A stretch of DNA of 59,480 nt, the filler included, from Sphacelaria rigidula (taxonomy: Eukaryota), in NCBI GenBank assembly GCA_964200075.2. It is 6 parts of 6 records of this genome, joined end to end, with 100 filler letters (N's around TTAATTAATTAA, not from the genome) between each part and the next. Parts side by side here need not be neighbours in the genome. Positions count along the whole stretch, not along the records: positions 9,933 to 19,764 come from CAXNAA020007668.1; positions 19,865 to 29,694 come from CAXNAA020007669.1; 4 more parts are not named here. One strand, 5' to 3'. A model generated the notes under the pieces. It saw only the letters and a program-made list of their open reading frames with translations. It was not told the origin of the DNA and did not search any database. The first letter of the stretch is position 1, and each line of letters starts with the position of its first letter. Shown one piece after another: positions 11,098-25,062 of this stretch. Both the position numbers and the translations under genes were made by a program.

Positions 11098-14000
11098 ATG
11101 GCTTCTGCAGCCGCGGCCGTGGCCGTATTCATGTTGCCGTTGCTGGCTGCCGGTCAAGATACCAGCCTCCAGTCATGTGTACAAAGCGGCTATGCAATGC
11201 TCAGGAGCTGCCCCTGTGATGGGGCGCAGTTCACCTTCTCATTGGAAGGGGAAACCAGGATCGTTGATAACACGGTAAGCTACGAAAGAACAATCGCGTC
11301 TCGCGTGCCCACTGAGGCGCGATACTATTTGATCCTCATACGGACTGTGTTGATTGCTTGAACTGCTTAGGCTGGTTTGAATGCCCGCAGCAAGTCGGTC
11401 GGTACCGTACCCTACTGTACTGTACTGTACTGTGTTGAACTGTGTTGAACTGTATTTTGTATGCACTGCACTCCACTGCACCGTCCTGCGCTGTGCTGGC
11501 CTGGGCTCTGCGCTGTACTAGACGGAAAAGCTATCGTTGTGATGATCGGATGGTGCGCAGTAGCAGCATGTCTATCGATCGGCGAGCTCGTGTACCATAC
11601 GTCGTCGTCTGTGGCGTTACTGCATGGCTTCTGTCATAGCACCATTCCGAAAACCGTTTGAACCTGCGTTTGTGAAGTGCGCCGTTGTCAATTCTGAGGT
11701 GACCCTTGAACCTAATCCCAACCCAAGCCATACCGAGAGCCCTCGAGCAAGGAGGGTACAACGGGTGTCCTAGCCTAGGAGGTGTGCATTGGCGGACCTC
11801 GAATTGGCGCCTCCGGTGATTGGGACAAAAACGCGTGCCGGGTGTGTTAGTAGGCACTGTAGGTTGTCCACTGAAGATCCAGATCTCAGTTCCGACACTC
11901 GAGTCAAGCGAGGTTATCCACGGATAGGATGGGGCCAGGGTGCAGGGCTGTTTAGCCACTGGTCGCAGACTGTGATCGATACTATGAATGAGTTGTCGGC
12001 AACCCTAACCCTAACCCCGACCAAGGCATATGAGCCCTCGGGTACGCGGGGTGCAGAGAGTGCCCCACGTACGCAATATGTGCACTGGTAGACCCCAAGG
12101 GTCTATTTGGATCGGACGTTCTGGAGGGACATGAAGCACTTCGCACTGTCACCCGCTCTAAAGATCGAAAATCAGTGCAGACCTCATGTAACAACCACTG
12201 CCTTCGACCATTTTGTACACTCTTGCCGGGGTGAAACAAACCCCACTCCAACGGCATTTATTTCTTGTTTCTCCGACATTTCATATCCGGGCATGAAGTG
12301 CGCGTCCAGGCGAAGGTAACGAGACCGTCCCCATCCTAGTCAGGACTTCCCCTCAAGATCTCTGATTTGACCCCTCCGTTGTCCCCGGTTGCGGGCGACG
12401 GTTTCGGTCTTAACCGGCGCTCTACCAGTTCGTAAATTACTCAAGCTCGAGATCGGAGAAATGGTCAGGTGGCGAACAAACCATCAATATTCTTCCGAAT
12501 CTAGCGGTGAAACCAATCCGTGTAAAGTCCACCATCTCGGTGATATCACCCGATATTGCATCGGAGTTCGAACAACCCTAGGGTTGGGGTCAGGGGCGTA
12601 GTCCCTGCAGGGACTGGCCCGATTGGTTTTGAAAAACGTCGATCCTGAGGTGTCTTGAACTACGATGCGGTCCCTTAAGCACGCCGTCCTCTACACGTTT
12701 TTCCTTCGAATGTGAGCACAAGGTTTCACACTCGTAGCTCGCGCCGTAAGCCTTCTTCCCCCCTTGGTTTTTGTCGAGACAGCAAAACCTCCTATTCTTG
12801 GTCATTCCCCCCACCCCCCGTCTTGGAAGAGGATGTTAGCACGTATCCACTGAGCTATCAGCAGCTCTAACTCATAGCTCAGTGGGTATGTTGTATATCT
12901 AATAGTTTGCTCATTACTAATCGGCCCGACAAATTGATTTCGGGATCATCATTCAGCGATTTGAACCCCGTGATCGGAGAGGTCAATCATGTGTCCATCA
13001 CGGGTCTAGCTAGGTTTTCAAACACCCCGAAACCGAATACTAGTGGCTAGGTCATTTATCATTCTGCCATGCAATCAATTGTAGATGGTGATGGTACAAC
13101 CCATTCTCACACACTTGTCTCTTCCCCGTTGCGTGTGCTAACTGACAGGTCGATCTAGCCATCGTGCTAGACGGGTCGGGCAGCATTGACTCTGCTGATT
13201 TCCTTCTCGAGAAGGACTTCGCGCAAAACGCAGTAGCTGCGTTCGCCAACCGCAAACTGTTCGGGAACGGCGGGACGGCCTCGTACGTGCAATTCAGTGA
13301 TGATGTTGAATCCTTCGGCACATTCGTATCTCAGGCCGACTTCGATGCGTTTGCCAACGGTGACAAGCAAGCGGAAGGTGCGGAGCGTATCATGTACCAT
13401 ATGACTCACGACAGTGTTTTGTTGTGCTGTGCGGATGCTTCTGATGTTCGTTTTCGTAGATCGCCGAACGCACGGCGCTGACTTGAAATATATCACTTAT
13501 TGCATACCGCGGAAACACGCGGTCTGAGTTTTGTCAGCGTCTTGGCGCTGCGATGACCGTAGTTCTGCAATCGGCATCAGTGCTACAAGAACTCACTAGG
13601 TATTGCACATCCTGTCATGGTGAAGCTATCCGGAAGTGTGTCGCGTTTCTCCGTTCATATGCCTGTTGTGCTTGTCATTGTTGACCAAATCAAGCGTCGA
13701 TCGAGGGGTGTGATGGTGGGTGCACAATTTTTCTCTTAGGCTCTGCACCCTGGGAGCCTCTCGATGAGAAACATGTAGGCCTCGGTGTGCCGCCTGAAAA
13801 CGTTTGGTTCGTGGGTGGAGAATGACTCTCGGATATGATGATGGCTAGTGCGTGCTGCGTTCTCCAACGTGGTTTTGGTGCAACGAAATTGGCAAAAGCG
13901 TCATCGCGCTCATGTTCTTTCCTGGATCAGTGAACAGCTATACTTACGGCACCGACAACGACTGTGTAGACTGTTGGCACACGCGTCATGATACTGCCGA

Positions 14001-17000
14001 TCGTCGTTCTACTGCTGTACAACACCCGTGAATGTACAGGCGGGACGGATATCCCGAAGGGGATTGAGGAGGCCAGAAGACTCCTCAACGCGCAGGCCGG
14101 CACTGCTGCCTTTATGATCGTCATCACAGATGGGAACGGGGGTGACCCCACCGAACAGGCGCAAACGGCGAGGGACGAAGGAACCATCGTCTTTGCCGTT
14201 GGTGTAGGTACGGGTGTTTCTGATTCGGGGTACAAGTGAGATTGAGATGAAATTGTTGGTTCGAATCTGATTTCCGTCGCCCGAAAGCGCGCCAACTTCA
14301 TGTGGCGAAGGCATTCCTCGATTCGTTGGGAATCAACGGCCGGGCTGTGAGAGAAACGCATTGGTCCCTCGTAGTTCAAAACACCCTGAAATCGACGTTT
14401 TTCAAGACCGCTCGGGACAGACCTTACGAAGACCACGCCCCTGACCCAAACCCGAATCATAGGGGCGTCTAAACTCCGATAATCGCAGTCACCCAAGCAC
14501 GCGGTCGACCCACATATTACAGCGGCCGCACATCTCAGCGTACGTTGAGATTGTAATGCGTGAGAGGACCGCGTGCTTAAAGGACCGCGCCGTAGTTCAA
14601 AACACCGAAGGATCGATGTTTTTCAAAACCTATCAGGCCTGTCCCTGCAGGTACCACGCCCCTGACCGACACTAACCCTGACCCCAACCCTAACCATGGG
14701 GATGTTCAATCTCCGCAGCGGTCCTCTCACGCATTACAGAGATGTTCACATCAGTGAGGTGGTCGGTGTCGCTCTCGTCACCTGTCGAAAGTGCCATGTT
14801 TACTGTGTGCATTTGACTGCTGCCGTCATCTAGCGTCTATCTCGTAATCTGTGCCCCCCTCGGTTTTTCCCCGTGATGCTTCCGCGACCTATCAGGCAAT
14901 GAGGTGAGCGACGCAACGCTTTTGGCCATCGGTGGTGAGGAGTCAAACGTGTTCACGATCGGAGACTTCGAGCAGCTTGACCGTGAGTGTTTGATATCGA
15001 CTGCTGACTGACCCATGAAACCCGCGCACTAGTCTCGCCGCGTGGAACTATGTAGTTCGGATTTCCATGAAAGTCGAGTTGGGGAGAGTGCGCTTGTTGA
15101 CGCCAAGATTTTCGTATTTTGTACTCGTCCTGGATGATTCACTCATGCCGTATCGTAGGGTCGCGAACGTATCATGACATATGCCCGATCACCCGGGAGT
15201 AGGTACACCCAAGTCGACACTCCCTTTCCAAGCCAGTGAACCTTTACAGCTCACACAGTAAAAAACACTACATGTCTCCTTCATTTTCTGAAACGTACAG
15301 TTGCGACCCCCACCTGCCCATCTCCTCTCGAGCCCAAACTCACAGAGCACACAAATCACGTTTCCCCCCCTCCGCCACAAACAAATTCTCCTTGGATAAC
15401 GCCACTAAACTACAGAGGCACTGGCCGCCATCCTGAGTGGAGCGGGTGGATCCGTGATCCCTTGCCCTTCCACCAACGCCGTAATCGTTGTCGACTTTGG
15501 AGACATCCGCGTATCCTCGGCCACGACGTCCGCCAACGGCGGTACGGCCGAAGTCAGCGGCAGCATGGTAACCTTCAAGGTGGGCAGTCTGGAAGCCAAC
15601 CTCGCGGAGTTCACTGCACTGTTGGACACATGCGCCGAGCGCGCAGGCGCAGATGCCGTAGCTTCCGTGAGCTACATGGATGATGAGGGCAACGACCCTG
15701 ATCTTAGCGCGGTGGATGATGTGGCTGTCGATTCGGGCATGTGCGATGATCCTCACATGGTGGGACTTGCGGGTCAGAAAATCGATTGGTCTGGGGTGGA
15801 TGGAGCGTGGTACTCGCTGCTCTCGTCGTCAGGCGAAGGTAGGTGGGGGAAGGAATGTCTCGTTGCGTTTTCTCGCCCAGGGGTGTCAGGTGTATGCGTG
15901 TGGGAATGGAAGATGGGCGCGCTTCAAATAAGGGAGGATGATTTCTCTCAGGTGCAATATTTTTACATCATGAAATGCCCTCTTGTACATCTGTCATGAT
16001 TGTTCCTCGATTAACCTTCTCCAGGCCAACCCATCAGCGCATCGCAGCACGCAACCCAAGTCAACGTCCGCGTTACCGCTCCAATGGGCGAAGAATTCCC
16101 CGACAGGCAACTCGTCACCGGGGTTTCCATCCTCGAAGGCGACCACTCTCTTGTCGTGGAGGTAAGACGTCGAACTTAACGACTTGAGCAAAGCATATGT
16201 GCAAAATATACGAACGTGACTTGTTTTGAGAGTGTCGCTTCTAAAAAAATCTTGTACTAGTCAACCGCCGCTTGCTCGCTTGAGGAGTAAACACTTACTG
16301 AAGAGATCGTTGGAAGACCTACGCTTTCTCCCAGAAGCATTTCCCTGCGGCCACCTCATGTACCCACATCATGGAAACAATTTCGGAACGTGAACTGCAT
16401 ACACAGGTGAAGGATCCCTACACCACAAGGACCCAGGGCTGCCGCAAGCAGGATGCGAGACCGTGCCTGGCTGAGGGCGGCCTTCATGTCCTGGTAGACG
16501 GTGTTGAGTCCGATGCTCTGGAGGGTCCCACCAGTGTCTCCTTGTTCGCCGACACTGATAGCGAGATGGAGGTGACTGCTTCCAACCTTCCCGCCGAGTG
16601 CCGCCCGTTCGGCGGTGACCTGATCTGGGCGCGGAAGTTCGCTAAAATCTCTTCAGCCATCGCCGCTGCCTTCCCTGGCCGCCGTAACCTCAGGTGGGTT
16701 TGGATGAACTACAAGCATCCATAGTATTGTTCGTGTGTGCTCCTTGAGTTGGAGGTCTGACGGCGAGTCAGGAAGAACAAATAACGGCAATCAGGAGACT
16801 CTGAGATCAATCTCTTTTTTTGCGGGTGATCAATATCACCCGTGTGGAAATTGGCTTGTTGCTTGCAGCTTTTACTTGGAATCTGATTTACACACACACA
16901 AAAACACACACGCACACACACTTTTTCTGCCTTACCCGCCCTCCTTACCCCCCCGTCCTCCCTACCTCTTGCCGCACGTTAATACCTTTCCCCGAAATCA

Positions 17001-17786
17001 CGGGGAATATCTACCCTCCACAGGAGTACGTCGGCGATGACCTTCCCTGAGTGGGTCATGTCCGGCCCGCCTGTCGCTGCGCCTGCCTGGTGCGCTCAGT
17101 TCGTGAAGGAACACTACTTCACTAGCAGCGGCGCGATCACTATTCACCCCACTGGTCCTTTTGCGTTGACTGAATCCAACCACGCGGTGTTCAGGATCGA
17201 GACCCCCTCTCTCGAGATCCGCCTTAATGTGGGCACGAACTATCAGGGCGGGGAGACCATGCCCGATGGCCGCGTTCTGCCCGAGCTCGAGTTCTGGCAG
17301 ATGAACCTCGGCATTGAGCGGTTCAAGGGTGACCACGTGAACATCGGCAGCGGTGAGTAATGTAGGGATTTTTTTGGTTTGAGGCCGGTGCTACTTTTGT
17401 TCGCTCAATGTTTTCGGAATTTTATTTAAGCGAGCATTTCCGTTTAGTTCACCGTAGGCACGTCTACCGCGGGACCAAGGTTGGGTCCATCGGGAATCAG
17501 TTGCGACAATCAACCAAATAAATGAATGGACTCGACGTTGAGCCGTTGGACGATTCGTTTGCTCAACCTGCCCGCAATTCATTTGTCCGTTTTTGGTGCA
17601 GGCGGCTCGTTATTCCGAGAAATGCCACACAAGCACTTGAGCGGCCTGTTGGGCGAGACGGCGCGCCCCGTGGTCGGTGCCGACGGCATGCCCGTGTTGC
17701 ACGGTGCCGGTGCCATGCGTGGAGAGGTGGAGAACTACCGGGTCGACGGACCACTTGGTACCGATTTCCATATGTTGCACATGTAG
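11098..17786 (+). CDS. Secreted von Willebrand factor A (MIDAS) domain protein with C-terminal VWD-like (DDPH) domain; complete, 9 exons, 673 aa
   Basis: Exons 11098-11274, 13149-13377, 14040-14207, 14896-14982, 15416-15838, 16025-16161, 16407-16693, 17024-17352 and 17602-17786 all have GT-AG boundaries in phase and total 2022 nt. Signal peptide MASAAAAVAVFMLPLLAAG. VWA motifs VDLAIVLDGSGSI, GGTDI, IVITDG and VFAVGVG. These are followed by CDDPHMVGLAGQKIDWSGVDGAWYSLL and a C-terminal GLLGETARP...NYRVDGPLGTDF. Confidence 0.92.
14532..14740 (-). mobile_element. Non-autonomous Helentron-like (HINE) element with TAACCC-like core
   Basis: Perfect 21-bp inverted repeat tgtaatgcgtgagaggaccgc at 14552-14572 and 14718-14738. 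Adjacent stem-loop atctcagcgtacgttgagat at 14532-14551, and internal ctaaccctgaccccaaccctaacc. Related copies at ~12540-12685 (inverted), ~14360-14490 and ~11700-12020. Confidence 0.65.
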
Positions 17787-20670
17787 AGCACAGCCCAGAG
17801 CTCAAGTCCGGCCTTACTCGTCGTGCGCTTCTCGTACTATTATTTTGATATTTGACCCATCAAGTGGCTGAGAATTATAGCACATGATGCACGTATATCC
17901 TGTTACACTACGCCACAAGTCGTCTTGGTTTGGTTGGGTTTTCGCGCTCAATGCTCCGCTGCTGTAGCACAGTTGAGTTCGATCATGCTGAATAGCAACG
18001 CACCGTATGTGCGTGTCGTTGTGTTTGGCGGCTCTTCTGACGAGCCCGGGGGTGCAGGCTAGGTCAGTGGCGACGTACGGTGCCGTGCTGGCATTATGTA
18101 AATCGTGGAGGCCTGCTCGAGAGGGAGTAGCAGCTGATGCATGTGCGCAATTTGCGCCTGTGTCATCTTTTCTCTCCTGGAGCAAGGACTTTGCTTTCTT
18201 AGTTGTACTAGTGAGGTGCAGCGGTAATCGATGATCGTGGGTGCTGGTGTTTTTTTATTTGGGAGGACTTGAGGAAAAGGGGATAACTAATGGAAGACAT
18301 CGAAATAGATCTGGAAGTTGAAGCCGGAAGTGCGATTTTTTCTGTCAGCATTGTGAGTGTTGTCGGCGGTAGTATGACGCGAATCTGTGGATCACGTGGG
18401 CTGGGTCACCCAGCAAGTCTGTTCTGTGCTTCGGGATTGGTACGCTCTTTCGCGAAGTTCTCGAGATGCATACTTCGGCGTTGGCATATGTATGAGTTGC
18501 CTATCCCGTGGTTGTTTTTGTCGGGCTATTTCGGGATGAGTTCAGGGTACGACGGTGCAACATATAGCACGGTTGAAAGAATGCAACATTGTATCATTGT
18601 CCGTATCGTCGCCTCAAGCTTGTGGAGCTCATATCTCGCGAACGAGGTATATGAGTGTTCTGTGTCTAATGCTAAGGATTCGAATCTACGATTGCATCGG
18701 CCGCGGGTAAGAACTCTCCACGCAAGTTTGCGTTGGGGTGTGCGTACCTGTGGTGTAGGGCAATGGGGAGCAGAGCTCAGGGATTGATTGGTACTGTACG
18801 AATCAAAAGAAAATGTGACACTTTCTACGATAGTTCCCCCCCTCGAGAACCAGCCCAAAAGTGTCACGAAAAAAGTGGACACATAGCACTTGATGTTTAG
18901 GTTCAGGCTGCATGAAGCGCCTCATATTGGCGACATTGGCTAGAACGAATCCAAACGTGGGAATTTCCAGCTGCTCATTGTGCTCGGCTTTTCCCATTTT
19001 GATTTAGTGAAGATGTTGCCTCCCAAAACCATGCACATTTGGGGGGAAAGCCATCGAATTTTTTTCAAACGAAACATTGTTCGTCCGGCCCTTGCGTATA
19101 TTGCTGCGGGATTCTCGCGTGCCGGTGATGATACGTATAACACAATCCGGGGTTTTACAAATCGATGGTGGCCGGTTTCCGTCAGAATGGCTTGGGGCAC
19201 CTTCATGAGCATCGAAGTACAATACCTCGAAAATGAAATAGTCCACATGCAAATAGTAAAATCTCCGTGTTGATGCCGAACAAAATAGATTTCGTGCCGC
19301 GACAGGGGAGCCCACGTCAACTCTTTCTGCAGTGAGCCATCTGCATGCAGGTGAACTTTACGCGGCCATTCGGCTGACTCGTAGAGGAATTTTCATACGT
19401 CATCTTCGGTTCCGTCCGTTTTAAGATCCCCCCTAGAGGTTCTTGAGTAATCGTAATCCTCTGTATCAAGACTCGAATGTCTGTGTCGATATGAAATTTC
19501 CCTGAATTGTTTTGCAAATCCCATGTACACTCGCAAATGAAATTTGTACACCAGAAACTGTTCGAAGTAAATCCTCATTTTGCCTACCAATTCCTGTAAT
19601 TGGGCATGAAAAGATATTTATTTGCGAGCAGCTTCCGCTGTTCAAGTCCCACATCCGACACGGTAACGGTGGATGATAGTCGAGAGACGGCAGAAAACAG
19701 CCGATTTTCGAAAATGGGGTTGAAATAAAATGAGGTTCAACTCAAAAGCCGTCCTTTCCCTGACNNNNNNNNNNNNNNNNNNNNNNNNNNNNNNNNNNNN
19801 NNNNNNNNTTAATTAATTAANNNNNNNNNNNNNNNNNNNNNNNNNNNNNNNNNNNNNNNNNNNNCAGGCCGAAGAACTCGTGAATTTGGTGATTTTGAGT
19901 CGTGATGATTTGTCCTAACCGTGAAAGTATTGGTATCATATTGGAACATGTTGTATTGTCCAGGGTATAAGCAACACAGCCCCGGTGACCACAGGGGTAC
20001 CAAAAGGCGCATATCGACCCGCGTTTCATTGGACACGCTCGCGAAGCAATATATTGAGCGTTTTCGGCATCTGGTGATGATTTTTTCAACGGCGGCCGAG
20101 CACACGAAAATGCCTACCGTAGTAATTCCTGCACACTTTCCAATATACAAATTGAACAAGAAATATGTATTGCTCCACCATACATATGTGGCGGTCGATT
20201 CCGTCGCACATTTTTTGCCCAATATATATCGGCATCTCGTTATTTTTATTTTTGGTAATACTTTTGTTTGTTGCGTTCGCTCTTGTAATTGGGCTGGAGT
20301 CTAAAAAGATGATGGAGGACTCCATGTCTTGTGAAGAGTAGCAGGGACGGTACTGGAAAGACGAGCCTACGTCTGTGACCACGGGTTCTGGAGATCGGAT
20401 TCATGTGCGGATATAATAATACTGATGATGATTATGATAATAATTAATAATATAGTAATGATGATGATTATCATTAGAATTATAACTAGTTGTAAGCCAC
20501 GGCTGACGCACGTGGCAGCACCGCCGTAGGTACCAACGCCACGGTTCTCGCATGCGTGGTGGTGTTGAACAAAAGTTGCAAGAAGCGAAAACGACGCCTA
20601 CCACAATTAATAAGTACAAAGTATATGCAAATTAGGGCTTCCAGCCCCACGGCTAACATGGTGAGCGTTA

Positions 20671-20927
20671 CGCACGCGACCATTTGGCTACCCCCCAAAT
20701 TCCTCCAGGGCGGTCAACTTTTCGAGTCTCCGGGGGAATTAAACGCCTCTGGAGGGGTGCGCGGCCCTCCAGAGGAGTGATTTTTTGTTTCCTCCAGAGA
20801 AATCGAACGCCTCCGGAGGCTTGTTTTTGCCCAGAGGGATTGAAGGCCCCTGAAGGCTCGTTTTGCCTCTGGAGGGCCGCGCATCCCTCCGGAGGCATTT
20901 TGAGGGGTAGCCAAATGGCCGCTTGTG
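20671..20927. mobile_element. MITE with CAC-type TIRs (…CCATTTGGCTACCCC), TA TSD and internal CCTCYRGAGG palindromes
   Basis: ta|cgcacgcgaccatttggctacccc ... ggggtagccaaatggccgcttgtg|ta. Confidence 0.7.
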
Positions 20928-23900
20928 TAGGGGTAGCCAAATGGCTGGACTCCGGAAAGTGTCCGGGCTGTGCGGCGACACTTTACTACCCATCGCCCCC
21001 TTTCCTTCGTTTCTTGGGATACACTTGATTCTAGAATGCATCCTTGACATGGAGAAATCGTGCGCTGAGGTAACGCTCTTCATATTCAGACGCCACATGC
21101 ACTTTCACACTACTGAGACATTCCGGGGTTGATCCTTATTTTCAAGTATAAATGTGTGTAGTACCGTGTTGGGCTCTACAGATGACCATGCTTCTTGCGC
21201 AGGTCATGAATAGTCTGCGGTCTCGCATGTGCAGCGTAGCAGTGCGTTTCTCTGGTAAGTCCTCACACATGAAGAGCTCGCTTACAACAGTAACGAAGTG
21301 GTTTTATTTTTCGCAGCATGACACGGGTTTGTTTTTTCTGCTCTACCCCCCGTTGCCCCCCTCCCCAAAAGAGAATCCTAAAAGAGAGTCCTGGGGGTGG
21401 GTGTTTTACCGTGTGGCGATGAGAAGGTGGTGCTATATATTGTCTTTCCATTGTTCAAAAAATAAAACCAATCAACCATCCATCCTCAAACAATCTTAAA
21501 TGAATAAATTCATTTATAGATATATGTTTACATATATGTTCATTTTTGTACGTGGTTCTATATGTTCTATTTTCTCGTACCTATGTGAAAGGATGTGAAA
21601 TGAAAAGCATGGACAGGAAGGGGCGTTGTACACGAGAAGAGCGTCTGCGAAAATGTTGTTCCGAAAAGGATCATTGGTGACTTGGATATATTATAGAAAA
21701 ACCGGACACCACCGATTTGATTGCAGTGTACAGCGGAGCGACATTACACTAATAATAAATAGGAGTAATAATGAATAAGATAATTATACGAGCTGGGCCA
21801 GCCAAGAGTAGGTGTGAATCTCGCTCAGGCGGCGCACGGCGCGATATTAGGAGTTGGACGCTGAAATTTTGACAGCAGCTTCTCATGATCGAAATGCAGA
21901 AGATCACGGGACCAGCAAATAAAAAAAGAATAAAAGAAGTTATGAGCATTTGAAATTTCAGCAAAAACAAGACAATGCCATAAGTCCAGGAAAAAAAGGA
22001 GAATCTGCAGCTGGACACGTGAAGAGTTAGTTCTTTGGGTGCAGAAGGTCTTCCTGAAATTTCAGCCCAAGACTCGTCGAATTGGGCCGTGCGTTCAAGA
22101 TTTTCCGTGACGCTGCTGCACCCCTATAAATCAAGTGATGGTAGACTCCAATTATGGAAATCATGAGTTCGAATCCCGACATATTCTCTCTTTTTTTCGT
22201 CCGTCACCAAGGTAATACATTATGCAGTACATTTTTTCCATTTTTTTTTTCATTCAGCGGCGGTGCCGTGTGTTACCAGGTTGGCCTACACTTCACAGTG
22301 ATATGCTTACATCGGGTTCATTCGGGAAACTGGGGAAGCGGTGATATGAGCAAGTTTTAGCAGCTTTTAACCCTTTTGGAACTCACAATGGAAAATTGAT
22401 CATTTGCAATTGACGGTTTTTTAGCAAGGTATGGTTGATGGTTCACAGCTTGGACGCAACAATTTTGGCCAAACGCGTATTTCTCAGACCCGTACGAGTG
22501 ACAAGTTGAACAAGAGAAGGTTTCCCATTTTCTTGCTGCGGGGAGGTCCAGGACCCGTCGGCGTTTTTTTCTACACTCACAAGCTCCTTCCCCGACCACA
22601 TTGCGCGGCAGGCCTCTGTGAAGCATGCTTTCCGCCTGACCTGCACGCTCTGCCCGCTGCAGTTTATACTATTTGCAGTGTCTTAGCAACAAGGGCAACG
22701 CCGATGGCACATTCGCCATGTTTATGGACTGGCGGTGTAATACAATCCCAGCCAGTCACCTTTCCGTGCCGCCGGGGGTGCTGCGATACTGCCCTGTACA
22801 GTACTGGGTGTGTTTACCGCAGTTTGGGGTAATCTCGACTGCAGACTCACGTCATGCACAACATCGCGCTCATGCACGTTCCAACAGCACCATCCCGCCG
22901 TTTGAAAAATGGGTAAAGGCGACGCAGACGCCATGTGCCCTGCAGTTATGCACCGTCACTGTGGTGTAGAGTCTGCCAAGTGCCGTCGCCCCAGGGGTGA
23001 TGCCTTACTGCTTCGTGTCATGTCTGTATTGTATTTGAAAATATCTCTGTAAAACGCGAGGCATGCACAGAACTGCGCTCTGCCAAGTACGTGCCGAGAA
23101 CATCATACTGCGGGTTGACTATTACACAAGGGCGTAGCGAAAGGCACAGTTGCCCCACCACATCTTTACCGCGGGTTGAGCGTTCCCGACCGTTGCACAG
23201 ACATACTTCAGGCTGCATGAGATTCATGACGCCGGCTACCGCTATCGTCTCGTGCCGTCTACTCTTGTGGCCGACTTCGCACGACATGCTCACATTTATC
23301 TTGCACGGAGTGTAGCCGCAAGTGAAAACTGTAACCTACTGTATTCACTGGCTGTAGTGTTTTTCATCTGGTCTGATTACGGTAGGCGGTGCCCGCTGGC
23401 TCCCTCCCGTGTAAATGTATGTCGCCTGTTCGGACCCCTGCGATTACGCCCGCCATGTACCGCCCGCACAACTCACTGTGCCTTCCACATGTGGCGACGG
23501 GATTTCGCTGGGTTCAGCCATACTATGCTGTATGTACGGTGTGGATTGGTAAACTCGCCACCCGATGCTGCAGCCCGTCAAAGCGGTGCTTCCCTTATGT
23601 ACAAATGCTAATATACGAACGTGCCAGGTTGGACCCTGGGGCCCATTGCTGTTTTTTTATTGGAATGTTTCATAGTGGTTTTGCTGATTTTTGTCGACGG
23701 ATATAATTGAACACACTTCATCCGTTGCGTGGTATGATTGGACAAACCTTACCGAAATTCTCCAGGGAGGACATTCTTCTTTGGTCTTCCATTATAAAAA
23801 TGGTTGCCGTCGGCCTATTATGTGTCCATGTTTTCCTCCTCATCAGGGCTTCTCATAATAAGGCGTTTTGGCCAGGGGGCAGGAGGGGAGGGTTCCGAAA

Positions 23901-25062
23901 GGGTTAAGCTGCCCCAGCTCGTAATAGTATTGTGCGCAGTGATGCGCGACAGTTTGGGGCAGCACTATGTGTTGTCGCCTCGGGAGTTGAGTACATTGAA
24001 TCCTCAATACATATACTGACCTCGGGAGGCAGCCAATGTACTACTCGACAAGTGCATATTGGCACCTTGCCGCAACATAATACTCCGCCACCGAGTCATG
24101 ACATTTTTCCAATTTTTGCAGAAACTTCATATCGCTCCATTTTTTTTTTTTTTCTGCTTGGCATCCCCGGCAAGGTTGTGCGTAGTGATGATAAAAATGC
24201 TGTGTCAAAATTTCAGCGCCCAACGTTTCGGATTACCCACCGCCCGGCCCGGATACATTCGCAAATCACTGTCAGCTGGCCCAGCTCGTATATTGACCTG
24301 TCTCTCGTTCCATCATATTGCTCGGCCACAATGTATCGAGCGCGCGACGCGTAGACATGTTTGGCAAGAACATATATTGCATATTGTATTGTCCAGGGTA
24401 GGCTTCTACTTATTATGCTATAATAGCACGCTTTTACAAAAAAAAAAGTGACCCATGATTATTTTCAAGATGAACGATTTTTTTTTTTAATTGTGCTAGC
24501 ATAAAAAGTAGAAGCCTAGTTCAGGGTGTGCGCAATTCCGACCACTTTTTTGTTGTTCATTCCCATATACTGAATGTGCGTGTCTATTATTTCAGAATCC
24601 CCTGTTGAATAAACGTCAGGCGAATATCTAGTTTCGGTCTTGAGATAAATAAAGAAGGAAAAAAAGAAGAAAAACGCCAAGCCTTTGTCGCAGGGCTTCA
24701 AGTAGGGATACCGTGGAACCACAGCACAAGACCAGAATAAAATGAAGGCAGTGGAAGCCTGTTACGTTGCGACTTGAGCATCTCAGAAGTACCCCACGAC
24801 ATGACGAGGGAGAAACTACGGGTCGCTCTTTAATCCTTAGACAGCGAGAGTAGGCCATCTGTTGATTCAGCATCAATTTCACTCGGGAAAAAAGTATTCA
24901 TGATCTATATAGATGGACTATTCTCGCGGTGTAGGGGTTAGGAACCTTTTTGAGAACAGAACGAACAACAGCAAACAACAGGTAAGTTTATTAACAGTAG
25001 CCCGAACTTTTGTCATCCTCCACCCCCCTTTCCCCAAACATTGTGTGTCCCGCCGCTTCCAG

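Noticed and set aside
12001-12018. Telomere or telomere-addition site (AACCCTAACCCTAACCC)
   Set aside because: Only 2-3 units, internal to an interspersed repeat within an intron.
18800-19320. Possible CxC/KDZ transposase remnants here and at ~22600-23300
   Set aside because: No diagnostic motif could be read in any frame.
22130-22185. tRNA gene at GAGTTCGAATCCC (similar B-box at ~50567-50580)
   Set aside because: Isolated B-box with no cloverleaf; likely a decayed SINE head.
24913-24981. Extra DHX8 exon ending CAG|GTAAGT
   Set aside because: The peptide does not resemble the sequence preceding the PRP22 S1 domain; unsupported.
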